From NCBI GenBank assembly GCA_963735035.1, contig CAVTJJ010000004.1, positions 544,001-608,000 on the forward strand: a stretch of DNA of 64,000 bases, written 5' to 3'. Below are positions 45,084 to 54,162 of this stretch, piece by piece; position 1 is the stretch's first letter, and each line of letters begins with the position of its first letter. The translations under genes and the position numbers were made by a program. The notes beneath the pieces were generated by a model. That model did no database searches, was not told where the DNA came from, and worked only from the letters and a program-made list of their open reading frames with translations. This DNA comes from an uncultured candidate division Zixibacteria bacterium (GTDB lineage: Bacteria > Zixibacteria > MSB-5A5 > GN15 > FEB-12).

Positions 45084-46763
45084 GTGAAGAAAGCGTTTGG
45101 CGGACTGTTTGTCTTGTTGTCCCTGACAGCCATGTTGGTCCTGGTGGGTTGTGGCAAAGAAAAAACGACGCCGACCCAACCCGGTGATCCAAATTCACCT
45201 ACTTACGAACTTTTCTCGGGCGAGTTCAAGAATGTAGACAGCCTGGTAGTCCAGATGTTCGGAAACACCTTCGTGCTCATGGACAGCATCACAACCAGCA
45301 CTCCGACTTCACCGAGGTTCAGGTCGCCCATCGCGAGCCCGGCTGCAGTCACCTGGGTCTGGAGCGAGGCCGTTCAGTCGTGGATCTGCACAGCCTCCGA
45401 GACGACCGACAGTGCCACCGTCAGCATAGTTGACACCATTAAGTTCTGGCAAGGCGCGACCGTCGTGCAGTGGCCGAATCTCAATTCGCTGACGCAAATG
45501 ACCAACCACTACTGGATGACGGTCTCGGCGACCGGTGGTGACGGGGGGACTGCCCACCTTCTCACCACGGTAGTGTTCACGGGCGGTATCCACCGCGTCC
45601 TGACGATCGACGCCAGCGGAGCGATCGACGGCAGTTTCGATCATACCGGCACCAGGAATAACGATACCACGCACTGTAACGGGACGATGGCTTTCACGGT
45701 CGCCGCTGACAGCCTGATACTGGATTTCGACGACCTGTGGAACGACAGCGGTCTGAACTGTCCTATGGCCGGTAAGCTGGACTTCACGGGGAGCGTCAGT
45801 CTCGTCTGCACCGGTGCGGGCGCAGGTTCCGTATCGGGTAATTGGACCGTCGGCGAGACGTTTGACAACGGCCAGATGACGCTGGTCTACAGCAACGGCA
45901 CGAATAGCTGGACGGCCACGGAGACCTGTGGTTCGGAGCCTTTTGAGACGGGCACCGACTCGGCGTTTGTCGATCATTACTTCGACGGCCCTGATCAATT
46001 TACGATAGCGTTTCAGACGCTCGATGTCTCGATAGCTCTTATTGATTCGGTTCCCGCGGTGGGTGCGCCGGCTCGATCGAGGAAACAGGCATCCATGCTG
46101 GGCGACCACGAAATCATCATCATTTCGGCGGTGACTTCGTACACCTATTCAGCCGGATGGCATATCTTCAATTTTAGCGCGCTGGTAGTCGATACCGTCC
46201 TGGACGACACCACGTTTGTTGCCGGTGTTGACTCCCTTCAGATATACTCTCAGACCAACCTGGTGCAATTTCCAAGCGGCATGGACGGGGTCGATCAGCT
46301 TCGGGAGCGGATGCATGCCGGCTGGGATCAGTCATCCGGTGTAAATTGGGGACGGATCAACCATTCCAGCATAGTGACCGCGACCGGGGTCGGCGCCGAC
46401 ACCACTTTGTCGCTCAGCGGCACCGTACATGATACGATCTATACGGATATGGGCGGAGAAGCCGGTAGTTGCAACATTACGACGGTTATCAACGAGACTG
46501 TTTCCAACCTGGCCTTGCCTTCCGCCAACACTCTCGGTTGCCCGCTCAGCGGTGAAGTGGTGGTTTCGGCCGAATTCGACGCCCATTGCGACGCCGGTGA
46601 GCTCACGACAGGGCCTTTTGATTACCACGGGACCTGGACGGTTAATGCGACAGTCAATCCGGACCTGACTATAACCCGAACTCTGACAGGTGGAAACTTC
46701 CATTGGGAAACGACCCACGAATGCATCCAGGGGGCATCGGCTCCTTTCTGGAGCGGTCGTTGA
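45084..46763 (+). CDS. Hypothetical lipoprotein with internal two-fold domain duplication
   Basis: GGAGG RBS, lipobox LVGC; two Thr/Ser-rich beta-type halves with matching Cys pattern. Confidence 0.78.
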   Translation: MKKAFGGLFVLLSLTAMLVLVGCGKEKTTPTQPGDPNSPTYELFSGEFKNVDSLVVQMFGNTFVLMDSITTSTPTSPRFRSPIASPAAVTWVWSEAVQSWICTASETTDSATVSIVDTIKFWQGATVVQWPNLNSLTQMTNHYWMTVSATGGDGGTAHLLTTVVFTGGIHRVLTIDASGAIDGSFDHTGTRNNDTTHCNGTMAFTVAADSLILDFDDLWNDSGLNCPMAGKLDFTGSVSLVCTGAGAGSVSGNWTVGETFDNGQMTLVYSNGTNSWTATETCGSEPFETGTDSAFVDHYFDGPDQFTIAFQTLDVSIALIDSVPAVGAPARSRKQASMLGDHEIIIISAVTSYTYSAGWHIFNFSALVVDTVLDDTTFVAGVDSLQIYSQTNLVQFPSGMDGVDQLRERMHAGWDQSSGVNWGRINHSSIVTATGVGADTTLSLSGTVHDTIYTDMGGEAGSCNITTVINETVSNLALPSANTLGCPLSGEVVVSAEFDAHCDAGELTTGPFDYHGTWTVNATVNPDLTITRTLTGGNFHWETTHECIQGASAPFWSGR

Positions 46764-46790
46764 GCCAGGCTGAAATTTGACGGATATTTG

Positions 46791-46819
46791 GGGCGCTCTG
46801 AAGGGCGCCCTTTTCTTTT
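46791..46819 (+). terminator. Rho-independent terminator
   Basis: GGGCGCTC-TGAA-GGGCGCCC followed by TTTTCTTTT. Confidence 0.8.
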
Positions 46820-46968
46820 GCTTCCTGGTCAAGGCCAAGGTGCCGCGTTTAGGGCGAATAGTTCCTAAGGTTGGGTTCCAAACCTCTTGATTTCAGCCGA
46901 ATGATATTCGATCTTTGGCGCTGCAACCGTGGACGTGCCCTGTGGGCGACGGATGTTGGTCTGACCAC

Positions 46969-47056
46969 GGAGGAGTGGCTGAGTGGTCGAAAGCGGCGGT
47001 CTTGAAAACCGTTGTACCGAAAGGTACCGTGGGTTCGAATCCTACCTCCTCCGCCA
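46969..47056 (+). tRNA. tRNA-Ser (anticodon TGA)
   Basis: GGAGGAG/CTCCTCC acceptor, GCGGT-CTTGAAA-ACCGT anticodon arm, long variable arm GTACC-GAAA-GGTAC, GGTTCGAATCC, G discriminator, encoded CCA. Confidence 0.97.
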
Positions 47057-47300
47057 TATTTCATCTGGACGATTCGCTTCGCGTCTTTCTAAGAAGGTTA
47101 GGGGTCAGATACAAGGGTCCGATATGTATCCCAAGTCCACCGCATTGATCGGAAAAGCCCGTGCCGGAAGATCCGCGAGGGTAGTCTCGGAGAATCAAAG
47201 AACCCCCGCAGTGCGTCATGTACGAAACATATGCCCGAGCCACCAATTGAACTTTCAACTAGATTCTTTACATTCCCCGTTGATTTGCTATAGTTAGCCC

Positions 47301-47900
47301 ATGCTTCCAGAATATTACGCGATTATCGGCGCCATAATCGGTTCGCTAGGCGGCTACTATTACTTCTACGAAACCATCGTCGGCAAAGCCCAACCCAACC
47401 GTATTACGTGGCTGCTTTGGGGAATCTTCCCGATGATTATCTTTGTAGCGCAAAGGGCGCAGGGTGTCGAGGGTTTATCGTGGACGTCGTTTGTCGCTGG
47501 CTTTACGCCGCTGCTTATAGTCGCGGCATCTTTCTTCAACAAGAAAGCCTATTGGAAGAGTGAACCGCGCGACTACTACCTGATGGCAGCGGCTATCATC
47601 GGTATCATCCTCTGGGCCATTACCGACAATCCGAACCTGGCCCTACTCTTCTCGCTGCTGGCCGATATGCTGGCGAGCATACCGACACTTATCAAGTCGT
47701 ATCGCCATCCTCATTCCGAGAGTTGGATTGCCTATGCTATCAGCACAGCTGGCTTCGGAATAAGCTTTCTGTCGGTTCAGACCTATAACTTTGAGAATGC
47801 CGCATTCGTAGCCTACGTGTTTATCCTCAACGGCGTCCTTGCGGTGCTGGCCTCACGGAGCCGCAAGCATAAACAGGCAACTGGCGAAGTCTTGCCGTGA
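47301..47900 (+). CDS. Hypothetical multi-pass membrane protein
   Basis: About 7 hydrophobic segments; PNRITWLLW and IPTLIKSY..P.SES motifs. Confidence 0.75.
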   Translation: MLPEYYAIIGAIIGSLGGYYYFYETIVGKAQPNRITWLLWGIFPMIIFVAQRAQGVEGLSWTSFVAGFTPLLIVAASFFNKKAYWKSEPRDYYLMAAAIIGIILWAITDNPNLALLFSLLADMLASIPTLIKSYRHPHSESWIAYAISTAGFGISFLSVQTYNFENAAFVAYVFILNGVLAVLASRSRKHKQATGEVLP

Positions 47901-48088
47901 TGTCGTCAGTGGCCGGGTGGCCCACAAATTGGCGAGTGTTGAAGAAGTCCCTTCTCCGTCATCGCGAGTCCAAACCGTGGGGTGTCTGCCCGGAATCTCA
48001 CCCCAACATCCGTCGCGGACGGATTGACGCACCCGGCTTCGCGTCTCTCTAAGGAGGCAGCGTGACCGAGATCTTGCCCGCCCGAGTT

Positions 48089-49102
48089 TCATCCCTTTTG
48101 GGATTGCAGCTTCCGGAATCTCGTCATCATAGTCAAGGCATTCTTATGATCCGGCGAGTAGTAAAGAATTTTCTCCAGATCTATCATGGCCTTCTCGTAC
48201 TCCTCGAACATTGAGAGGGAATTGGAACGGTACTGAAGCCAGTCGAGCTTGTCCCCGTAAGAAAGTGCCTGCGAATACATTTCCACGGCGCGACGGTGAT
48301 CACCTTCCTGAGCAAGCAAACTTCCCACATCAGCGAACATTGATCCCAGAATTGACCATATCCGTGGATTCAGGTTGGCGTCCTGGGCGCACAGGTACCC
48401 AAACGCTGCCATTGCGTCATAAGATCCACCCCATCTTGGCTCCAGGGATTTCATGTACTGTAGCCGGAGATAGAAAGAACGTTGATCGTGTTTGATCGCC
48501 TCTTGATAGATATCGTCCGGCGAAAATGGCATAGCGGCCATCATGCTGAGGCGAACCAGGCCTAACCAGGCCGGGGTTAATTCAGGATTCTTCCGGACCG
48601 CGACCCGAAAGTCCGCAGCCGCTTCGTCGCAAAACTGTTGCATCGCGTTCACGTCCCTCTGCGGGACGTCTCTTATGGCGTTGGTGCCCCTGGCCGAACC
48701 GGCCTTGGCCATCCGGTAGTAGCCGCGGGCGGCATAGGCGATATCGGATCCGGTTCCGTTGATCCAGGCCTCAAAATATGAGGGAGCAATCTCATTGCCG
48801 GGGGCGAACAAGTCGTACCCCTTCTGAAGAGGAGACTCGTAGTCAGGGTTCTGACGGTAGCTTTCAAGATTTTGTCGATAGTCCTTTTCGATCTGAGCGT
48901 ATTCCTGACGCATCAGCCTTGAGGCCACAGAACTCGGAGAAAGAGTCGGAAGGTCCAAAGATGCTTTGAGAGCGCGGTTTGAGGCATCGGCCCGTTCGGT
49001 GGATGGACCTGGATATTGGACAGACTGACCGGCGGCAGGCCCGGCTGTAATTGCAGTTGCCAGAATACTGCAGACAACGCAGTAACAAACCCTTCTTAAC
49101 AT
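48089..49102 (-). CDS. Secreted DUF4034-like / TPR protein
   Basis: Start reset to ATG 49102 (AGGAG RBS, signal peptide); ARG, LEPRWGGS motif, C-terminal TPRs. Confidence 0.72.
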   Translation of the reverse strand: MLRRVCYCVVCSILATAITAGPAAGQSVQYPGPSTERADASNRALKASLDLPTLSPSSVASRLMRQEYAQIEKDYRQNLESYRQNPDYESPLQKGYDLFAPGNEIAPSYFEAWINGTGSDIAYAARGYYRMAKAGSARGTNAIRDVPQRDVNAMQQFCDEAAADFRVAVRKNPELTPAWLGLVRLSMMAAMPFSPDDIYQEAIKHDQRSFYLRLQYMKSLEPRWGGSYDAMAAFGYLCAQDANLNPRIWSILGSMFADVGSLLAQEGDHRRAVEMYSQALSYGDKLDWLQYRSNSLSMFEEYEKAMIDLEKILYYSPDHKNALTMMTRFRKLQSQKG

Positions 49103-49503
49103 GGGACGTAACTCCTTCAAACGGCTAATGGTTTGAGGCGTGGCTGAAGCCACCGATAGCTCTTCCGGGTCCAATGATAGAATGGCTTCAGGCTCTTGCC
49201 GAAGACCGGCATTATTAGTTATCGGTAGAAAGGCGGGGGTTCTTGAAGGTGAAGTGAGTTGTCCTGACAAGCAAGGTTGAAAGGGATGTTCCTCTGGGGT
49301 CAGTCTGGCAGGGGCCAGTCTTGAACGGAGTCGCGTGAGTCCGGCGTGAACAAATCCCGGATCGCATTGTTACTCTACTTAATCGAACTGGACTTGAAAC
49401 GCAGGTGCGACAGGATATGATCGAAGAAGTGTAATGGAGCGACAAAGAGACACCCCTCGTTCTTTGCACATAAACGACTCAGTGCCAGCTAGGCAGGTTG
49501 CGT

Positions 49504-50097
49504 ATGAGAAAGATCATAATTCTACTGGCGGCGGTGACAATCGGGGTTTCATCGTTAACAGCCAGAGAGCTCCAGGTTGACAAAGCCGCCAAGAATCATG
49601 TGAAGTTCACATCCGATGCCAAGATTGAGAGTTTCTCCGGGGTCACCGACCGAATCGACGGTTACGTTATCTGGAGTGGGAACGATCTCAAGCCCGACGT
49701 TTCTCTTGCCGGCAGCAAGGTGTATTTCGAGGTTGAATTGAACGGCCTCGATACGGGGATCGGCATGCGCAATCGCCACATGCGCGAGAACTTCCTGGAG
49801 ACCGACAAATATCCATATGCGCATTACACGGGGGAAATTGTCCGTGTTGACACGGCCTCCGGGGGCGCTTTCGATATTACCACCAGTGGCAAGCTCTTCA
49901 TCCATGGGAAAGAACAGGCGGTGACCCTGAAAGTACAGGTCTCGCCTCAAGGGAACGAATACCTGGTGCACAGCAGTTTCGAGGTGAAGCTGCCGGATTA
50001 CGACATCAAAGTCCCCACGCTGATGTTCCTGAAAATCAGTGAGACGATTGGGCTTGAACTCGACTTCACTCTAAAAGACGCACAGATGGGAAAGTGA
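49504..50097 (+). CDS. YceI family protein
   Basis: Signal peptide, LDTGIGMRN.HMR..FLETDKYP, GKL.IHG. Confidence 0.88.
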   Translation: MRKIIILLAAVTIGVSSLTARELQVDKAAKNHVKFTSDAKIESFSGVTDRIDGYVIWSGNDLKPDVSLAGSKVYFEVELNGLDTGIGMRNRHMRENFLETDKYPYAHYTGEIVRVDTASGGAFDITTSGKLFIHGKEQAVTLKVQVSPQGNEYLVHSSFEVKLPDYDIKVPTLMFLKISETIGLELDFTLKDAQMGK

Positions 50098-50106
50098 GGA
50101 AGTTAC

Positions 50107-50964
50107 ATGAGAAAGATGATGTTGGTATTGGTCTTGATCGGTGGCCTGACGGTCACAGCCGCCGCTCAACAGGAGCCCGCCTGGCATCGGAGCAGCGATA
50201 CCACTAAGCTGGAACTCCAGTTGTTCCGCTCCTGTCAGGCGTTCAATCTACCTACCGCAGAAACACTTCAGAAACATAACCTGCAATTCGAGGTGGGGCA
50301 TCGGTTGTCCCCACCCGTGCATGACAGTCACAGTCTATACGGACTCGACGGCCCGGCGACCATTCGTCTGGGCCTCAGCTTCGCCGTTTCAAACAAGCTT
50401 ATGGTGACAACGGCCGTAAGCAATGCCAATAACAGTTATGACTTCGGGCTCAAGTACAAGCTTCCGCCGATTCTCCAGGGCGGTTTTCCAGTTACAGCGG
50501 CAGTGCAAGGAGGGTTAGGTTGGAATACGAAAGTCATCGGACGTACCAAAGGGGACTCCCGAAACTCCCAAGCTTACGGTCAGCTCATAGTGAACACCAT
50601 GATTCACAAGAAGCTCGGGTTTGGTGTAGTGCCGTCGTACCTCTACAACAGCATTATAACCGACGATTCAAAGTCGGAACATGCTATCGGGCTGGGAGGA
50701 TATGCCGAGTACTATGTCAACCCGGTTCTGGCGGTGCTGGCGGAATGTAACCCGGTCATAAATGGTTCACACCGACAGTATCAGACGGGCGCTTTCGGAA
50801 TTGAGTTGAATACGGGCGGGCATTTCTTCAAGATCCTGCTCACCAACAGCACCTGGATCAACCCAACTCAGTATCTGGCCGGGTCGGAATACAAGTTCCG
50901 CGGCAATGAATGGCGGTTCGGTTTTACGATCACGAGACTGTTCAGCTTCGAACATCCGAAATAG
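50107..50964 (+). CDS. DUF5777-like outer membrane beta-barrel protein
   Basis: NLPTAETL, HR, GLDGPA.IRLG, NTGGHFFKILLTN, FGFTITRLF. Confidence 0.75.
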   Translation: MRKMMLVLVLIGGLTVTAAAQQEPAWHRSSDTTKLELQLFRSCQAFNLPTAETLQKHNLQFEVGHRLSPPVHDSHSLYGLDGPATIRLGLSFAVSNKLMVTTAVSNANNSYDFGLKYKLPPILQGGFPVTAAVQGGLGWNTKVIGRTKGDSRNSQAYGQLIVNTMIHKKLGFGVVPSYLYNSIITDDSKSEHAIGLGGYAEYYVNPVLAVLAECNPVINGSHRQYQTGAFGIELNTGGHFFKILLTNSTWINPTQYLAGSEYKFRGNEWRFGFTITRLFSFEHPK

Positions 50965-51186
50965 CGCAACCTGGAGGATTATCGATAGAGACGTCCTTGA
51001 ACTGGGATAGGCGGGTCGAAGAGGTGGTTAGGTGGGGGTTGTATGGACCCATGAAGAAATGGCAATTGGTTGTGGTGCAGGAGGTTGGCGAACTTAAATG
51101 ATGGTGACAAACCGGATGAGTCGGAATCATGGGAGAGGGCACTGAGAATGATTGACGTTTGATAGAAGAAATGTTACTTTACAAAC

Positions 51187-52371
51187 ATGCGAGTCAGTTT
51201 CGCGGGGCATCGTCGAGTAATAGGTAAGTCCAGCGACGGGCGGATGATCCGGTCCATGGCCTTCATGGTCTCATTCGCTATGGTGGTTGGTTTCGGACTT
51301 TGTAGTTGCACCAATGACGGCATTCCCGGGGACATTAGGGACGTCTGGAATTCCTACGAAACCGCCTTACGGGCAGGTGACGAGCCGGCCGCCAGGTCAT
51401 TGTGGACAGAGGAATCTGCACGGTTTTGTGAGCTATTGACCGGGGACTCGCTCAGAAATCGAGAGTCTACCTATAGCCTCATCAAGGTCGACAAACATGA
51501 CGCGTATGTAAGATTGCAGGTGTTGGAGGAATGGGGCGAAATGCAGATGGCTCATTTCTTCTACCTGGTCCGACCGGCAGACAAGTATCTCTTTCAATAT
51601 CCCTTCATACTGTTTGCCAATGATTGGCCGACCGTGAAGACCACCCATTTCACGTTTCACCTTCGCCCGTCTGCGGACGAGCTATTCGCCACACAGAATG
51701 GCAGTGCTACACCGTTGGATACACTGCCGTACGAGCGATATGTTTCCCGCCTGCTGCAACTGACGGGTCTCGATCTTCAACAGCCCATAGACTACTATCT
51801 TTGCGATGATACTTCACAAGTCAGCCTGCTTGCTGGGCTCAAGAATGCCTTCCGGATCACCATAGGGTCCTGCTCCATTACGACGCGAGCCAATGACTTC
51901 TCTGAGATAGCCGGGATTGTCCTGAGAAGACAGACTGGTCCAATAGAGTTTCTTCGTATCGGTCTGTGCGGTTCCGGCGAGAGTGAGCGAGTCCTCTCGG
52001 AGAATACGCCGAGCGCGACGATGAGCAACTATTCGTTCTGTGCGAAGTACTTGTCTCGGTTGACACCCGATACTCTCGACATTCTCTTTGATTTGGAGAC
52101 GGCTGATCTGACTTTGTATCGGCGCTTGTACACTATGAGAAAGAACGTTGCCGGTACGCTAGTTTACGAGATGATTCGAAGGGATTCGGCAAATCAATTT
52201 GCCGCGTTATACAGGGGATCGCGAACCGGAGACGATTTCAACCGATTGTTCTTGAGTGTCTACGGTGAACAACCGTACTCGATGCTTAAGGCAGTTAATC
52301 AGCGATATACCGAATACATCAATAAGAATGGGCCGACACTGCAAAACCCTGGGAAAGCAGGTTCGCACTGA
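51187..52371 (+). CDS. Hypothetical exported protein / lipoprotein
   Basis: 394-aa ORF; hydrophobic stretch ending LCSC; true start probably ATG 51244 or 51256. Confidence 0.65.
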   Translation: MRVSFAGHRRVIGKSSDGRMIRSMAFMVSFAMVVGFGLCSCTNDGIPGDIRDVWNSYETALRAGDEPAARSLWTEESARFCELLTGDSLRNRESTYSLIKVDKHDAYVRLQVLEEWGEMQMAHFFYLVRPADKYLFQYPFILFANDWPTVKTTHFTFHLRPSADELFATQNGSATPLDTLPYERYVSRLLQLTGLDLQQPIDYYLCDDTSQVSLLAGLKNAFRITIGSCSITTRANDFSEIAGIVLRRQTGPIEFLRIGLCGSGESERVLSENTPSATMSNYSFCAKYLSRLTPDTLDILFDLETADLTLYRRLYTMRKNVAGTLVYEMIRRDSANQFAALYRGSRTGDDFNRLFLSVYGEQPYSMLKAVNQRYTEYINKNGPTLQNPGKAGSH

Positions 52372-52386
52372 ACCAACAATAGTAAG

Positions 52387-53286
52387 ATGACCGGCTATCT
52401 CAACCGTTACATTAGTATTGCACTTCTTCTATTACTCCCGGTTGCCGCAATTATCGGGTGTTCGAGCGACCGTGGGACTCAGCGGCAATTCACTTCCGAT
52501 GGGCGTGTCTATCAATATCGCGTCCTGGCACAGAACATTACGGATTTGGACGTTGATCTCCTAAATGTAATTCATGTTTCCGCCGAGCACTGTGACCTGA
52601 CTATCAGCAAGTCTCTTGATTCGTCGCTGCCGAAACTGATTCAATGGGCCGAGGACGGATACGCGCGTGTCTCCATGGACCTCGGATATGATATGGCATC
52701 GCAACGGCCGCTTGTTCTCTACCTGACGCATCTTCAATACGGGGCTTTGACTCCGGCCAAGAGCGGTGGCATCATGACGGCAGACCCTCTCAACAAGAAT
52801 CGCATTCTCATCGATGCCGATCGCTTTAAGCCTGGGGACGAGTTGACGCCGACTGTATTCGCGCATGAGTTGTGCCATCTTGTCTGCCATTACTTGAGAG
52901 GCGCGGTCATGCCGCATGCCACTTACGGTTTGAGGGACAATTTGTGGTCTTTTACCAGTTTCGATGAAGCCGTTGCGGAGGAAGAAGAACTTAGTCGGGA
53001 ACCTTTGCCGTCGGAGCTGCAAAAGGCATTCCCGGATAGTGAATACATGACATTCAAAGAGATGGATTCGGCATCGAACACTGGTTATACAAACGGCATC
53101 GTCGAATGTCGTGCACTGGTGCAGCTTCTGTCGGACTCCGGCCGACCCGGCGCACTTCCGAGAATTTGCGCATCACTTGGCAGAATGCCCGTCGAGGCGG
53201 CTATCGAAGCTGAGACCGGGTTGAAAAGTAGCGAATTGTATCAGCGGTGGTTTGCCTACATGGACAGTCTACGTCAGGACCGTTAG
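52387..53286 (+). CDS. Lipoprotein with HExxH zinc-metallopeptidase motif
   Basis: Lipobox IIGC; VFAHELCH followed by FDEAVAE. Confidence 0.7.
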   Translation: MTGYLNRYISIALLLLLPVAAIIGCSSDRGTQRQFTSDGRVYQYRVLAQNITDLDVDLLNVIHVSAEHCDLTISKSLDSSLPKLIQWAEDGYARVSMDLGYDMASQRPLVLYLTHLQYGALTPAKSGGIMTADPLNKNRILIDADRFKPGDELTPTVFAHELCHLVCHYLRGAVMPHATYGLRDNLWSFTSFDEAVAEEEELSREPLPSELQKAFPDSEYMTFKEMDSASNTGYTNGIVECRALVQLLSDSGRPGALPRICASLGRMPVEAAIEAETGLKSSELYQRWFAYMDSLRQDR

Positions 53287-53444
53287 CGGCCATCACACCT
53301 CGCGCCACCTAACCGAAAGAACCACACCCGATTCCGTCTGCCTCGGAGCAGCATAGACTTTTCAGGCCCACTTTACCGTTGGCTTTGAGGAACCTGCGGC
53401 CAGCTTTTCTTGTTTCTCACCTCAGACTATTAAGGAGGTCTACT

Positions 53445-54035
53445 ATGAGTAACGTGTCTTATCCTCGAAGTGGCCCGATGGTGTTGATGCTGGTTCTTGC
53501 CATGCTGTTGCCATCGCTGGCTTTTTCAGCCGGTTCGAAGAGCGTGAAGACCGATGCAAACGCCACCCCCGCTGTCCGTCAGGCGACCGAGAAGTACAAC
53601 GACGGCGTCAAGCACATGAACATGGGCAAGGCGGACGAAACCAAGTGGGGCTCGGCGACCGCGTGGGACTACATGCCGACCAAGGTTGCCAAGGCTGAGG
53701 AAGAGTATGGCAAGGCGGTCACTGATTTCCAGGCGGCCACAGGTCTACGCCCGAACATGATCGAGGCGTTGAACGATCTGGGTTTCTGCCTTCGGAAATT
53801 AGACCGGCTCCCGGAATCGCTTCAGGCCTACAACAAGGCGCTCGCCATCGACAGTCTCAACGTACAGGCTCGCGAGTATCGTGGTGAATTGTATCTCGCC
53901 ATGGGCAACGCGGACGGGGCAAACGGAGATTTGCAGACGCTGGAGCGGTTGAAGTCACCTCTGGCTAAAGAGCTGACGAAATCGATCGAAGAGTTCCAGA
54001 AGGAACATGTCGGCGGCACCGCCGCGAAGAAGTAG
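53445..54035 (+). CDS. Secreted TPR protein
   Basis: TAAGGAGGT RBS before ATG 53445; signal peptide; EALNDLGFCLRK, YNKALAID, AREYRGELYL. Confidence 0.82.
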   Translation: MSNVSYPRSGPMVLMLVLAMLLPSLAFSAGSKSVKTDANATPAVRQATEKYNDGVKHMNMGKADETKWGSATAWDYMPTKVAKAEEEYGKAVTDFQAATGLRPNMIEALNDLGFCLRKLDRLPESLQAYNKALAIDSLNVQAREYRGELYLAMGNADGANGDLQTLERLKSPLAKELTKSIEEFQKEHVGGTAAKK

Positions 54036-54162
54036 CACCTTTTTTCGGCGCTCCGACAACTCCGTGGTGGGTTGTTGGAAGGTATTCAAAATCAGTGCCC
54101 GGCAGACAAGGATGTATGCCGGGCACTTTTGTTTAGCGAGTTCGAAGCGGGCCACACCATTA

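Noticed and set aside
46969..53320. Intact integrative element or prophage at tRNA-Ser
   Set aside because: No integrase, phage genes or convincing attR duplicate in the window
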